A stretch of 64,000 nucleotides of DNA, taken from positions 496,001-560,000 of the forward strand of contig CM022666.1 in the NCBI GenBank assembly GCA_012295275.1, written 5' to 3'. This document shows, in pieces, positions 14,540 to 29,744 of the stretch (its first letter is position 1; the number at the start of each line of letters is the position of its first letter). Below the pieces are notes generated by a model that was given only the letters and a program-made list of their open reading frames with translations, was not told the origin of the DNA and searched no databases. This DNA comes from Chrysomallon squamiferum (lineage: Eukaryota > Animalia > Mollusca). A program made the translations under genes and the position numbers.

Positions 14540-14680
14540 AGTCCTAGCACTGCAGTGGTTAAGCATCAGACTTTAAACCGGGAGAAACCAGGATCGGATC
14601 TTAACACCGAAACAGAACTAGGTGCTTATAAAGTAAAGCAGTGTACTTAATTACACACAGCTCCAGGATTCGAACCCGTG
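14540..14680 (+). mobile_element. Possible degenerate tRNA-derived SINE head (also ~21628-21765, inverted ~25690-25800)
   Basis: A-box-like tagcactgcagtggttaagc followed by a degenerate B-box ggatcggatc; a reverse B-box ggattcgaaccc lies at ~14666. No complete cloverleaf. Confidence 0.3.
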
Positions 14681-15943
14681 ATTGACATTTCTGAAATTTC
14701 ACAAAGTTTAATGTTGTTTATTAACTCAGTAAATATTTCTGTTCTTACAAGTTTGTTTTACATAAGTAAAGATTTAATCCTAAAAATTAGATTTTGTCAG
14801 ACAGACAGAGAGACACACAGACAGAACTTCGCAATGGCTATTGTTTAAAAATCAACACAACCATGACAACAAGAGCAACAGTTTTATTGGAATCTTACAT
14901 ATATACAATTTTCTTTCATAGTTTGTATGTGTGTGTGTGTGTGTGTGTGTTTGTGTTATTTTTCCTGCACAAATAAATGCTTAGACATAAAGTATATATA
15001 TATATGCAAAAGTAATAATAATAAAATAATTAATTTCATGCCATTTTTATTAAATGCATTAGGTTTCAAATATGAAAAATTTCAATTTACGTCTGAACAA
15101 ATTTCAAAACACATGAATTTTCTACTTTAATTATAAGCGGTGACACGTATGTATGTGAATATGAACAATTACAATTACACACATGAAATAAAAAAGATAT
15201 ATAACATTAAGTAGTTGATGTAAGTTAAAAAGCCTTTTGTGTAAAACACATAAAAGTAAAAATAAATAGTATGTACACTATGCTAGTATATTAGCAAACT
15301 CTCTGTGTGTTTGCTATATAAATAATATATATATACTGTAGATGTTTGAAACGAATTACAGTGACCTCACATGATTTTTACTCATGAAATAAAAAAGATA
15401 TATAGCATTAAGTAGTTGGTGTAACTTTTATAAAGCTTTTTGTGTAAAACACATAAAAGTTAAAATAAATAGTAAGTACACAACGTTATTTTATGAGCAA
15501 AATGTGTGTAGATATAGATATAGATATATGCACAGACATACACAAATACATTCAAACATGTTTGTGTAATGATAATAATGATTCAGTTTAAAGGAAATTA
15601 CATTGTAACTGGTTTAAAGCATTTGATATCACTAGTAACACAAATATCACTAGTAACTTGTTCTTGTGACAAAAAATGAAGTATCACAGCTTTATAATTA
15701 TACATTAACATATATATATACAGATACAAACATACATATATACATACAAACATGCACATGTGTCAAAATAAAATATCGGTAGAAAACAAAAAAGAGAAAA
15801 AATACTGTATTCAGGTACTTTCTCCAAAAAAACAAAAATAATAAGAACAACAACAACAACAACAACAAGAAAAAATAGAATAATTAAAAATAAAAGTAAC
15901 AATCTAAAATAGCTTGTTACCAAGTCATTCAAGAACCCCAGCA

Positions 15944-16395
15944 CTAAGTTATCATTAGAATTTCAAAGAAATTTGATATCGGCATATCATATATCAAATG
16001 TGGTTCACTAAAGTACGAGTAAACACAGTCGTTTTTACGAACGCGTACGGAAACGTGCAGATCGGCGGACAAGTACGAACTCTTTTTAACATCAAGTTTT
16101 TCCAAAGCGAGGCTCTTATTACTACCGTCACGTGACTTGCTTAAAATCGCATGCGTGACAAACTGTTTGTTTCCCGTGTCAAGTTTATTGTTCACTGTAT
16201 CCAGACTGAAGTGACTGTGAAGACTAACCAGGCCGTTTCTCTTCAAGCAAAGAGTGTTGTTGAAAAATGTGACGTCACCCATCACAAAGGCATTCTGGGA
16301 TTTCGTCACCCAGTGGAGAGTGTGGTTTTTTTCTGTAATATACAAAAAAAAAAAAAAAAAAAATAAATTAATTAATAATAATAATAATAATAATA

Positions 16396-16426
<31 letters not shown>

Positions 16427-18243
16427 GTAATAATAATTTATAATAAAATTAAATAAATAAATAAATATACAATAACAAATTTACTGACATATATATATTG
16501 TTGTGAATGTATGAAATACTGATAAAAAACCACAATGGAAACATTAAATTTCCGATATATAAACTGAGTATATGTATGAAATTAAAGATCATGTGAAGTA
16601 AATACTGATAATTAATAAACAAACAGAGACACGTATGGAGGGAGGTAAAGAGAAAGAGAGAGGGAGGGAGACGGAGAGTAAGTGACAGACAGACAGACAG
16701 ACGGAGAGATGAACGTACTTGTCAGAGCAGTGTTCAGTGTGACTAAGGCTGCAGTTACTGGTCTCTTTGCACTGGAAGCTGACGTCTTTCCTAAAATAAC
16801 ATTTTTACATTTATACTAACAATAACAATAACAATAATAATAATAACAATAATAACAATAATAATAACACTAACAATAATAATAATAATAATAAGTAAGT
16901 AAAAAAACAACAACAATAACAACAACAAGTGTAATAATAATAATAAATAAATAAATAAATAAATAAATAAATACATAAATAAATAAATAAACAAAAAGAG
17001 TACAAAGGGTTTCTTAAAATACAAACTAAAAGCAATCTCAACTAAAAACAACAACAATAATAATAATAATTGTTTAATTAAATTAATTAATTAATTGAAA
17101 TAAGCGATAATTTCATTCTTACCATCAGCACAGTTTATACGAATTATTTTTTCTTTTGCTGTCAGCAAATCTTCGCTTCTGATAGGAATCTGTAATTTGA
17201 TTATATATATATATATATTCATTTATTTATTTAATATCAGTTAATTTAATTCTGGTGACACAGCTTCATAGATCATTGTATAATAATTAACAAATATACA
17301 AAGAGAAACAAACAACAAATAATAATAATAAAAATATATAAATAAACAAAATAAATGTTTTAAAAACATATACCCAATAACAACGACAACAACAACAATG
17401 ATGATGATGATGATGATGATGATGATAACTGTTCCGCCTGCTCATAGGATTTGCCGATTACGGTGAGGTCGTGTTCTCAGTAAGCTATTTTTAGATACAT
17501 CCGGGAATTCCAAATCAAGGGAAAACCCAACAATATTTCCACTATCATTATTCACAGCGATAAAATCCGTGACCAGAATAAAGAAAATACTAGCAGCAGT
17601 AGTAGTAGTACTAGTAGTAGTAGTAGTGGTAGTAGTAATCGACTTTTCCTCTCTTACATTAATTCTAAAGCTCAAACTGTTTGTTTTATTTATTAATCTA
17701 ATAAAGTGATATGAAATTTTATAAATTACAAAAATATATAATTACCATGCCGCGACGTTCACTCATCTCCTTGAAGTCCTCCTGGTCCTTTCTAACGCAG
17801 CAGACGCCATTTAAAGATTTAAACACGACACGAACACCTGGAATCCCAGCGTCACCGCACGGGTAACACAAAAAGTCCTGTCCAGCAACCACAACACTGG
17901 CTTTCTCTGAGTGACTCCGTGTCTCACATTTTACGAGGAACCCTGTCAGGACACAAACTACCGCAAACAGTATTAGAACCAAGACAACGGCAGCAATAAA
18001 CATATATTTGACAGTACTGGAGTTAAAAGCACTTTGTGTCCTATACAGTTGTGGTCGAAAAGAGCCCGACTCAATCCACGTAAAGCGCACATTCCCACCG
18101 CCATTTCGAATCATTTTCTCGTCTGCAGATGTTCCGCGGGAGGAAACTAGTTCATGTGTTTCGTTTGAACTGTTTTGCCTTGAGTACAGAGAGCTGTTGT
18201 TTTGTGTTTTCAGAGCATTTCCATTTGTAGACTTTGACATCAT
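15944..18243 (-). CDS. TNF ligand superfamily-like type II membrane protein, copy 2 (4 exons, 341 aa; apparent chimera of copies 1 and 3)
   Basis: Exons 18243-17746, 17189-17123, 16790-16719, 16332-15944; GT-AG, phases 0/1/1; intact frame. Confidence 0.8.
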
Positions 18244-18302
18244 TTTTGTTCAGGTCTTGCCGAGAGAACGGAAGCGACTGAATGAACACGTCTGTCGCGA
18301 AC

Positions 18303-18388
18303 TTTATATATCTCGTGTCGGGATTTCCCCACATTGTTGTTATTTGATTGGCTGTTCCTTTCAGGCCTTCGCCGGTTTCGTTACGTCA
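18303..18388 (-). promoter_or_regulatory. Core promoter of TNF-like copy 2 (TATA, kappaB GGGATTTCCC 18320-18329, CCAAT, CRE-like)
   Basis: Same motifs and spacing as copy 1. Confidence 0.6.
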
Positions 18389-18470
18389 TCATTTTTACAC
18401 CGGAAAGATATAAATGTGTTAAATAGCTAAAAATGTAAAACGTTGTATTCATATATCCGTATTTCATGAT

Positions 18471-18564
<94 letters not shown>

Positions 18565-18584
18565 ACATTATTATCGTCATCGTC

Positions 18585-18644
<60 letters not shown>

Positions 18645-18956
18645 ACATTATTATCGTCATCATCGTTATTATTATTATTATTATCACTTGGACGAATCTC
18701 TACTTTTATTACTTCTCCTACTGAGGCTACTGATGCTACAACTGCTTCCTCTACTACTGCTACTGCTACTGTTACTGCTACTACTACTACTACTACTGCT
18801 GTTATACTAGCTATTACTATTACTGTACTGTATTGTTAATACTACTGCTCTTCTGCAATTGCTGTTGTGCTGTTAATGTTATTATTGTTATAATAATAAT
18901 AAGAACAACAACACCAATAATAGGGCTGACTGTTAAAAGATCTATAATTAATTAGA

Positions 18957-19020
<64 letters not shown>

Positions 19021-19033
19021 GTTATTACTGCAG

Positions 19034-19350
19034 AAAAATAAAACGGTCTGAAGTGGCTGAGCGGGTTTCTACAGGGGGCAGTGGACTTTGTGAACGGGAC
19101 GATGCTGTGTCTGAGAGAGGGTGGACTCGTAAACATCGTCAGCCATTTCAGTTTCGACACATACAACAAGAAACCCAAACAAGACGCCGTCATCGTCAGA
19201 CACGTCGTCTTCAAAGTGACAAACAAAACCTACACGAAACTCGCCTACGAGAACGTCTTTTTGAAACAGTGCACGTACAGGTCGAGCCACCTCGAGGTCA
19301 CGGAACGGTTTTCAACCAATGACTGCGTTTGAATTTACGTATCAACACCT
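19034..19350 (+). pseudogene. Second inverted orphan copy of the paralog-4 TNF-domain exon
   Basis: Shares the GGA>TGA stop (19330-19332) and 3' truncation with 11802-12112, and has an extra TCA>TAA stop at ~19039-19041. Confidence 0.85.
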
Positions 19351-19482
19351 TATACATTTTATATATTATCCGTTGTTACCTGTGAGTCATGTCTATCTCT
19401 CCCCCCTCACTCCCGCCATCTCCTTGTTTATCTCACTGTTTGTTTTTCTTTCTTCTTCCTCTTTCCTTTGTTCGTTTGACCC

Positions 19483-19594
<112 letters not shown>

Positions 19595-21336
19595 AGACAT
19601 CGGACATGCGTGAAAGAAAAACGTATTTCAAGTGTCAGGTTGGACTCTGTTTAGAAAACATAATACAGCAGTTTTCGACAACACTTTTTATGTATCTGAT
19701 TTTTACAGCCAGTGCACTGGTTCATGACGAATAATTTAAAATTATCTTCTTCCGAAACCAGGATGTATCTATTGCTGGAAATAGAAATTCTCGTGATTCA
19801 TCTCATAACTTAGTTTTGATTTTAAAATATAATTTAATGTGAGATAACACAGTCTAATATGATATAATATGACGTGCTGTTTTTATTTTATTTAATTTAA
19901 ATGTATTTTAGCCAATCAATTAATCGTTTCATCGATCAAATCTATCATTCGTAGGATCACTAAAAGAATAAATTAGACAGTCGATCAATCATTAATTTGT
20001 TTGACAGTATATTTAATATCTTTCTGTGTGTGTGTGTGTGTTTGTGCATGTGTGTGTGCGTGTGTGTGACTACATAAATATACATAGACGGTAGGTTGTA
20101 ACTTCCTTGACATCTATGTTTAAGTATGTCACATATTACATCTGTGACTGGAATTACAAAAATAGCTTCCGATGTAAGACAAGAGAGGAAATCACGTGAC
20201 TGCAATTAAACGGGTATATCAAACAGAGCGTGAGCCTACTTGCACTTTAAATTCACTTTCTATTTATTGTAGAAATAAAATAAGCGTATTTAATAAGTGT
20301 ACGTACTAATAGGTTTATTTATCTACATCTATACCTGTATCTATCTTTTTCTATCTACAACTACAACGAAAACTACTACTACTACTACTTCAGGTAATAA
20401 TAATATTAGAAGCAGCAGTCTGAGTATTAAGCAGTAGTAGTTGTAGTATTATCCTAGATTAATCTGTATACAAAGTTTGAATGTATGTATGTATGTATGT
20501 ATGTATGTATGTATGTATGTAGATATGTATGTATGTATATATATATATATGTAGATATGTATATATTTCATTTCTCTTTTACTTCAACTTTCTCTTTCTG
20601 CTTCTCTCTGATCTGTCATTTTTCCTTTTTCTTTTAAATTTTAAATTCCTAATCGTAAATTACCCATTTTCATTTTCTCCCTCCAAAATGTTCTACTTTC
20701 CTTTTTATTCTGACTTTATTTTGCTGTCTTCTTTTCTTCTTTTTTGCCTCTGCAGCAACAATCCTCTCCTTTCTGATCTTATTACTGCAGTCATTTTTCA
20801 TATTTTTATTATTAATGTTGTTGTTGTTGTTAAACTTTTCGTTATATTAAATTTGTAAAACACTTTTGTTCCACTTGATCGAACACGTAAGTCGTATATA
20901 CAAATGGATGAAAGAATAAACACGACGATGTGAATTTTCAAACCCCGTCTGTTTTGTTATATACTTGTTTAATGACAAAGCTGAACTGATATGTTAATAT
21001 GTCATGGACTTGAAAATCAGCTGATAGTATTTTACGGAACTCGAGAGATACAGAGTAACGAGTACACGTAAAAAAGAATAGTGTATTAAATAAATCAGTT
21101 AATGTTGTATAATAATATAATGTAATATATGATAATATAATATAATATATGATAGTATGTGATAATATAATATAACATAATCAAACAAGCCTATAAAATA
21201 AAGTAAAATAAAATAAAAATATAAAATAAATATAGAAATAAGGATAATATAGAATTTACGGGGAATGCCCTGTCTGTTTTGTTATATATTTTTTTTTTTT
21301 TTTTGCTGGCCTAAAATAAAAGAACAAAACTGAACC

Positions 21337-21367
<31 letters not shown>

Positions 21368-23032
21368 ACAAATGGTTTAAATAAAAAATAAATCATTTCA
21401 TTAATTAATTAATTATCTAAATAAATAAAGAAAACAAACATAATAAATAAACAAATAAACAAATATGTGAATAATCATTCAGACAAAACCCTCTATGTGT
21501 AGTGACGAGTAAAATACTGAATACAGCGTTTAAATGTTTTCACGTTCTTTATTAAAGTCAAAATTAGTCACGTCAAAATCCGTGATCTCAAAGTAAGACA
21601 ACTCAACTTCAAACGCCTTCATATCAGAGTCCTAGCATTGCAGTGGTTAAGCATCAGACTTTAAACCGGGAGAAACCAGGATCGGATCTCGTCACCGAAA
21701 CAGAACTAGGTGCTTATAAAGTAAAGCAGTGTACTTAATTACACACAGCTCCAGGATTCGAACCCGTGATTGACATTTCTGAAATTTCACAAAGTTTAAT
21801 GTTGTTTATTAACTCAGTAAATATTTCTGTTTTTACAAGTTTGCTTTACATAAGTAAAGATTTAATCCTAAAAATTAGATTTTGTCAGACAGACAGAGAG
21901 ACACACAGACAGAACTTCGCAATGGCTATTGTTTAAAAATCAACACAACAATGACAACAAAAGCAACAGTTTTATTGGAATCTTACATTTATACAATTTT
22001 CTTTCATAGTTTGTATGTGTGTGTGTGTGTGTTGTGTTTGTGTTATTTTTCCTGCACAAACAAATGCTTAGATATAAAATATATATATATATGCAAAAGT
22101 AATAATAATATAATAATTAATTTCATGCCATTTTTATTAAATGCGTTAGGTTTCAAAAATGAATAATTTCAATTTGCGTCCGAACAAATTTAAAAATACA
22201 TGAAATTTCTTCTTTAATTATAAGCGGGATATTATATATGTAAATATGAACAATTACAGTTACACACATGAAATAAAAAAGATATATAACATTAAGTAGT
22301 TGATGTAAGTTATAAAAAGCCTTTTGTATAAAACACATAAAAGTAAAAATAAATAGTATGTACACTATGCTAGTATATTAGCAAACTCTCTGTGTGTTTG
22401 CGTATATAAATAAATATATATATATTGTAGCTGTTTGAAACGAATCACAGTGACCTCACATGATTTTTACTCATGAAATAAAAAAGATATATAGCATTAA
22501 GTAGTTGGTGTAAGTTTTATAAAGCTTTTTGTGTAAAACACATAAAAGTTAAAATAAATAGTAAGTACACAACGTTATTTTATGAGCAAAATGTGTGTAG
22601 ATACAGATATAGATATATGCACAGACATACATAAATACATTCAAACGTGTTTGTGTAATGATGATAATGATTCAGTTTAAAGGAAATTACATTGTAACTG
22701 GTTTAAAGCATTTGATATCACTAGTAACACAAATATCACTAGTAACTTGTTCTTGTGACAAAAACTTAAGTATCACAGCTTTATAATTATACATTAACAT
22801 ATATATATATACAGATACAAACATACATATATACATACAATCATGCACATGTATCAAAATAAAATATCAGTAGAAAACATAAAAGAGAAAAAATACTGTA
22901 TTCAGTTACTTTCTCAAAAAAAAAAAAATAAGAAGAACAACAACAACAGCAACAAGAAAAAATAGAATAATTAAAAAAATAAAAGTAACAATCTAAAATA
23001 GCTTGTTACCAAGTCATTCAAGAACCCCAGCA

Positions 23033-23450
23033 CTAAGTTATCATTAGAATTTCAAAGAAATTTGATATCGGCATATCATATATCAAATGCGGTTCACTAA
23101 AGTACGAGTAAACACAGTCGTTTTTACGAACGCGTACGGAAACGTGCAGATCGGCGGACAGGTACGAACTCTGTTTAACATCAAGTTTCTCCAAAGCGAG
23201 GCTCTTATTACTACCGTCACGTGACTTGCCTAAAATCGCGTGCGTGACAAACTGTTTGTTTCCCGTGTCAAGTTTATTGTTCACTGTATCCAGACTGAAG
23301 TGACTGTGAAGACTAACCAGGCCGTTTCTCTTCAAGCAAAGAGTGTTGTTGAAAAATGTGACGTCACCCATCACAAAGGCATTCTGGGATTTCGTCACCC
23401 ACTGGAGAGTGTGGTTTTTTTCTGTAATATACAAGCAAAAAAAAAAAGCA

Positions 23451-23532
<82 letters not shown>

Positions 23533-25399
23533 TTATAATAAAATTAAATAAATAAATAAATAAATAAATATACAATAACAAATTTACTGACATATATATA
23601 TTGTAGTGAATGTATGAAATACTGATAAAAAACCACAATGGAAACATTAAATTACCGATATATAAACTGAGTATATGTATGAAATCAAAGATCACTGATA
23701 ATTAATAAACAAACAGAGACACGTATGGAGGGAGGTAAAGAGAAAGAGAGAGGGAGGGAGACGGAGAGAAAGTGACAGACAGACAGACAGACAGACGGAG
23801 AGATGAACGTACTTGTCAGAGCAGTGTTCAGTGTGACTAAGGCTGCAGTTACTGGTCTCTTTGCACTGGAAGCTGACATCTTTCCTAAAATAACATTTTT
23901 ACATTTATACTAACAATAATAATAATAATAATAATAACAACAACAACAACAACAACAGCAACAACAACAATAATAATAATAATAATAATAATAACAATAA
24001 TAATAATAAAGTAATAACAATAATAATAATAAGTAAGTAAATAAAAAGGAAAAACAAAAGGTTTTTAAAAATACAGACAAAAAGCAGTTTCAAAATAAAT
24101 AAATAAACAAATGAAATACAGAAGTGAGAAGACGAAGAATTAATTAATTGAAATAAACGATAAATTCATTCTTACCGTCAGCACAGTTTATACGAATTAT
24201 TTTTTCTTTCAGCAAATCTTTCTTTCCTACTGGAACCTGGAATGTGATACAGGTTCACTGATTTATTTGTAAGAAGTGATTTTAAAAACAAACTGGATGA
24301 AAAGTCATTTAGTCATGTAAATGCAATAAACAAAGAGAAACAACAAACAAATAATAACAAAAATAAATAAATAGATAAATAAATAAATCAATTTTAATTC
24401 ATTATAAGAAGAAGAAAAATATATTAATTTTCAAATATAGATAGATAGATAGATAGATATTCGTAACAACAACAACAACGATAATAATAATAATGATAAA
24501 AACAATGATAATAATAATAATTTTGCTGATTGTGTTCTCAGTAATCGATCGCGTTCTCAGTAATCTATCGCGTTCTCAGTTAGCGATCGTGTTCGGCGTA
24601 AGCTATTTTTAGAAATATCCTGGGAATTCTAAATGACGGGAAATCCCAGTAATATTTTCACTATCACTACTCACAGCTTAGATCCGTGTCGAAAATAAAA
24701 ATACTACTACTGGAACAAGAATAACAAATACAACAAGACACAAACACACACACTATATACGAATGGACTTTTGCTCTCTTACATTAATTCTAAAGCCCAA
24801 ACTGTTTGTTTTATTTATTCATTTAATTCTTCACTTCTGAGATCTAAACGTTCGTGATTCGAAATTTATAAGTTTTGTTTACACACACGCGCGCGCGCAC
24901 TCAGTGTAACATTATACACACATATAGTTACAATTACAAAATATATAATTACCATGCCGCGACGTTCACTCATCTCCTTGAAATCCTCCTGGTTCTTTCT
25001 CACGCAGCAGACGCCATTTAAAGATTTAAACACGACACGAACACCTGGAATCCCCGCGTCACCGCACGGGAAACACAAAACGTCCTGTCCAGCTACCACA
25101 ACACTGGCTTTGTCTGAGTGACTCCGTGTCTCACATTTTACGAGGAATCCTGTCAGTACACAAACTGCCGCAAACAGTATTGGAACCAAGGCAACGGCAG
25201 CAATAAACATATATTTGACAGTGCTGGAGTTAAAAGCACTTCGTGTCCTATGCACCCGAGGTCGAATGATTTTCTCGTCTGCGGCTGTTTCACTGGAGGA
25301 AACTAGTTCGTGTGTTTCGTTTGTACTGTTTTGCCTTGTGTACAGAGAGCCGTTGTTTTCTGTTTCCACAAAACGTACGTTAGCTGTGTTTGACAACAT
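23033..25399 (-). CDS. TNF ligand superfamily-like type II membrane protein, copy 3 (4 exons, 322 aa)
   Basis: Exons 25399-24953, 24236-24176, 23884-23813, 23421-23033; GT-AG, phases 0/1/1. Shorter cytoplasmic tail and exon 2 (VPVGKKDLLKEKIIRINCAD). Confidence 0.8.
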
Positions 25400-25461
25400 A
25401 TTTTGTTGAGTGCTGACCGACAGAAATGACGCAAACTGAATTAACAGATCGATGTCCTGGG

Positions 25462-25512
25462 TTTATAAATACCTCGGAAAGGGATTCCCCGCATTGCTTT
25501 ATCGCGATTGGC
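25462..25512 (-). promoter_or_regulatory. Core promoter of TNF-like copy 3 (TATAAA, kappaB GGGATTCCCC 25481-25490, CCAAT)
   Basis: Motifs retained at equivalent positions although flanking bases differ from copies 1 and 2. Confidence 0.6.
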
Positions 25513-25645
25513 TGTCACTATCAGGTTATCAAGGTATCGTAATCTCTAAATGTGTAAAACTGTTGTATTCATATATCCGATAGTTCCTTATTTCGTGATT
25601 TAAAATAATAATAAATAAGTATATAAATAGCAGTAATAATAATAA

Positions 25646-25679
<34 letters not shown>

Positions 25680-25682
25680 TTG

Positions 25683-26913
25683 CCCGTAATTAAGTACACT
25701 GCTTCAGTTTATAAGCACCTAGTTCTGTTTCGGTGTCAAGATCCGATCCTGGTTTCTCCCGGTTTAAAGTCTGATGCTTAACCACTGCAAGTGCTAGGAC
25801 TCTGATGTGAAGGCGTTTGAAGCTGAGTTTTCTTACTCTGAGATCACGGATTTTGACGTGACTAATTTTGACTTTAATAAAGAACGTGAAAACATTTAAA
25901 CGCTGTATTCAGTATTTTACTACACATAGACGGTTTTGTCTGACTGATTATTCACATATTTGTTTATTTGTTTATTTGTTTATTTATTTAATTATTCATT
26001 TATGTACTTGTTATGTTTATTTGTTTGTTTGTTTGTTTGTTTGTTTATTTGTTTGTTCATTTGTTTGTTTTCTTTCTTTATTTAGATATTTAATTAATTA
26101 ATGAAATTATTTATTTTTTATTTAATTCATGTGTTTGTTTCTCTATTTTTATATCTATATATTATTTTTTTATACACATGTATGTATGTAAGTCAGTTAT
26201 GTGAATTCTGTATGTTAGGTCAGCAAAAGAATAAAAAAATGTGTTATTAAAAAGTACCTTTCATTACATGCAGAAATCATCTAAATATATTCTCCTTATT
26301 TCTAGGCTTTATTTTAATTCTTATTTTATTTTACTTTATTTTATATGGTTGTTTGACTATGTTATGTTATATTATATTTTATTAATTTGTTTAATAAACG
26401 ATTGTGTTTTACGTGTACTGGTTACTAAAATACTTTCACCTGATTTTCAAGTCAAGACATATTCAAATGTCAGTGCAGCTTTGTTATTCCAAAATTAGAT
26501 AGGACTCAAATAACATTTCAGATACAAGAAAATATCCAACATAGACGGGGCTTCCCCTTTGAATACTGATCGTCGTGTTTACACTTTTATCAATGAACTC
26601 GATATACGACTTACGTATTCGATCGAGTGGAAAATAACTGGGAATTTTTGTAATGTTTACAACTTAACGTAGTTCATTGAGAAATAGACAAAGTAACGAT
26701 TTGTTTGTATGGGTGATATCTATTTCCTTCGATCCCCTGATTTACTGACAAATATTTCTTCAGGTTCTCGTGCACTCCTGCCTAATTTTGTGAATAAAAT
26801 ATTCACAGCTGAGGTTATTGAAAAAATTAGATTTTTTGTACACACTTAACACAATGTTTAATACTCACTGGACTGTGTGAATGATCCCTAACAGAACAAG
26901 TTCAATTTAACTG

Positions 26914-27003
<90 letters not shown>

Positions 27004-27763
27004 AGTTTGAAAACACAAGCACGTATTCTTTCACGAATATCTACAACAGTAACAATAACAGTAATAATAACATGAACAAGTACTGCAGTAATAAGAACAG
27101 AAAGAAGAGGCAAATATGAAATAAACAGTTAAATGAACAGAACAAAATAAAGTCAAAATAAAAAGGAAAGAAGAAAATTTTGAAAGGGAGAAAATGATAA
27201 TGGGTAATTTACTATCATTTAGAAGAAAAGGGAAACTGACAGATCAGAGAGAAGCAGAAAGCGAAAACAGAAAGTAGAAAATAAAGAGAAAAGAAATATG
27301 AGCAACACGTTCTGATGTTCAAATATACATTCATTGTGTGCATATTGATCTAGGATTATACTACAACTACTACAGCTACTAGTAAAACTAAAACTGCTGC
27401 TTCTGCTATTATTATTACCACTACTATGTGTGTTTGTCGACTGGTAGTGGTAGTAGTAGTAGTTTCTGATGTAGCTGTAGTAGTAGAAGTAGTAGTAGTA
27501 CTATTATAGTTACTGTTACTTCTACTACTACTGTTACTATTATTGTTGTTGTTGTTGTGGTGGTGGTGGTGGTGGAGGTGGTAGTACTATTATAGTTAGC
27601 TGTACTTCTACTATGTTACTATTATTGTTCAATAGTAGCCGTAATAGCAGTATTATCAATAGTATCATTAGTAACATCAATAGCAGATAGATAGATAGAT
27701 AGACAGAAAGACAGACAAACAGACAGATAGATAGAAAGATAGATAGATAGACAGACATACAGC

Positions 27764-27795
<32 letters not shown>

Positions 27796-28060
27796 TATAT
27801 AGATACAGGTATAGAGGTAGACAAACAGAAATAAATCTATTATTACGCACACTTATTAAATATGTTTATTTTATTTCCATAATAAATGGAATGTGAATTT
27901 AATGTACAAGCAGGCTCACGATCCGTTTGAAATACCCGTTTAATTACAGTCACGTGATTTCCTCTCTCGTCTTACACCTTGGAGCTATTTTTGTAATTTT
28001 AGTCGCTGACGTAATTTAACATACTTAAACTTGGATATCAAGGTCGGTTCAACCTACCGT
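25683..28060 (-). repeat. Inverted homolog of spacer segment ~12790-14660
   Basis: 25690-25930 is the reverse complement of ~14400-14650; 27830-28060 is the reverse complement of ~12790-13030. Confidence 0.85.
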
Positions 28061-28399
28061 GTAGGATTATACTACAACTACTACTGCTACTACTAAAATA
28101 AAACTACTGCTACTGCTATCATTATTACCACCACTAACTATGTATATTACTAGTAGTCGTTTCTGTTGTAGTTAAGGTTGTAGTAGTAGAAGTAGTAGTA
28201 CCATTACACTTACTACTACTACTACTGCTGCTGCTACGGCTGTTATTATTATTGTCGTCGTTGTTGTTGTTGTTTTGGTAGTAGTAATAGTAGCAGTAGT
28301 AGTAGTAGTAGTATCAATAGTAGTAATATCACTAGAACTATAATGATAATAATAACAGTAATAATAGTTCAGTAGTAATATAGTTGATGTTGAATCAAC

Positions 28400-28466
28400 A
28401 GCAGCAGTAGTAGTAGTAGTAGTGGTAGTAGTAGTAGTAGTGGTAGTAGTAGTGGTAGTGGTAGTG

Positions 28467-28500
<34 letters not shown>

Positions 28501-28598
28501 TAGTAGTAGTAGTAGTAGTGGTAGTGGTAGTAGTAGTAGTCGTAGTGGTAGTGGTAGTAGTAGTAGTGGTAGTGGTAGTAGTAGTAGTAGTGGTAGTG

Positions 28599-28646
<48 letters not shown>
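28400..28646. repeat. (GTA/GTG)n microsatellite
   Basis: Direct reading. Confidence 0.95.
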
Positions 28647-28837
28647 ATGGCAGCAGCTGACAATACTAAGAGTAGACTTCAACGTTAAAATACAAATACA
28701 AATTACACCTGGAATTAAAACTAAAATCTCTTATCAACATTGAGTCCACCCTGTTGTTACTTTTTTTCATCAATATAAATTAGTTGATAAAAAAAAAGTT
28801 AAAAAAGATTTTGTGTTGGGTCGTAACGTAATTTCTG

Positions 28838-28870
<33 letters not shown>

Positions 28871-29323
28871 CTTTTTAAAGTAAATATCTAGTTAAACCTA
28901 AGTAATTTTATTAACGTGATATTAAAAAGCTTCCTGACACGTGTAAACACGTCACAAAGAAGAATGATGACTGTTTTTTAAATCAGTCAGTAATCGCAGG
29001 GTTTTGTGTTCGTTTTTCTTTTAATTTTAATTATTTATTGTTTTACTGAGCCAAGAAAACGATAAATTAAAAAAAAAAAAAAGAAGAAGAAAAAAACATT
29101 TTCATCCCTGTTTCATAAACTGAACAATATTTCCTTAAATGACACATTTATGAATCACTGATTTCCTTTTAGGTGGAAGTGAAGTGACTAACATGGGTAA
29201 ATCTCGTTTACAGTAAATAATAACAATAAAAAAATTAGACAGGAAAATGATGTTGTCTGTTTATCTGAAAATAGAAATATTTTGTTGTCCGTTATTTTTA
29301 AATATATATATATATGAGTAGTA

Positions 29324-29363
<40 letters not shown>

Positions 29364-29744
29364 CTGGAATATTACTGAATTAGACAAACATCGAAGTTTA
29401 AAATATTTGTTTCTTCTTCTTCTTCTTCTAACATAGACACGCTTCCCTGTATCTTTATAGATATAATTTTCAGTGTACACATTCATTTTTATATCTATGT
29501 TTTATATGTGTATGTAAATATGTTATGTACACACATATGAATGTACGCAAGTGTGCATATATAATATGTATGTATGGATGTATGTTAATAATTATATCTG
29601 TATGTGTATGTGTACAATCGAAGTATTATGCTATGTATAAACAAATGAATAAAGCAAATGAAAAGAGGAGTATCTTGTCTGAGAAGTATATTAGAATTTA
29701 TTTCAAGAAAAGAACAATACACAAACACGCCAATAAATATTTAT

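Noticed and set aside
14540-14620. Possible tRNA gene
   Set aside because: B-box/T-arm degenerate and no acceptor stem; at most a SINE remnant.
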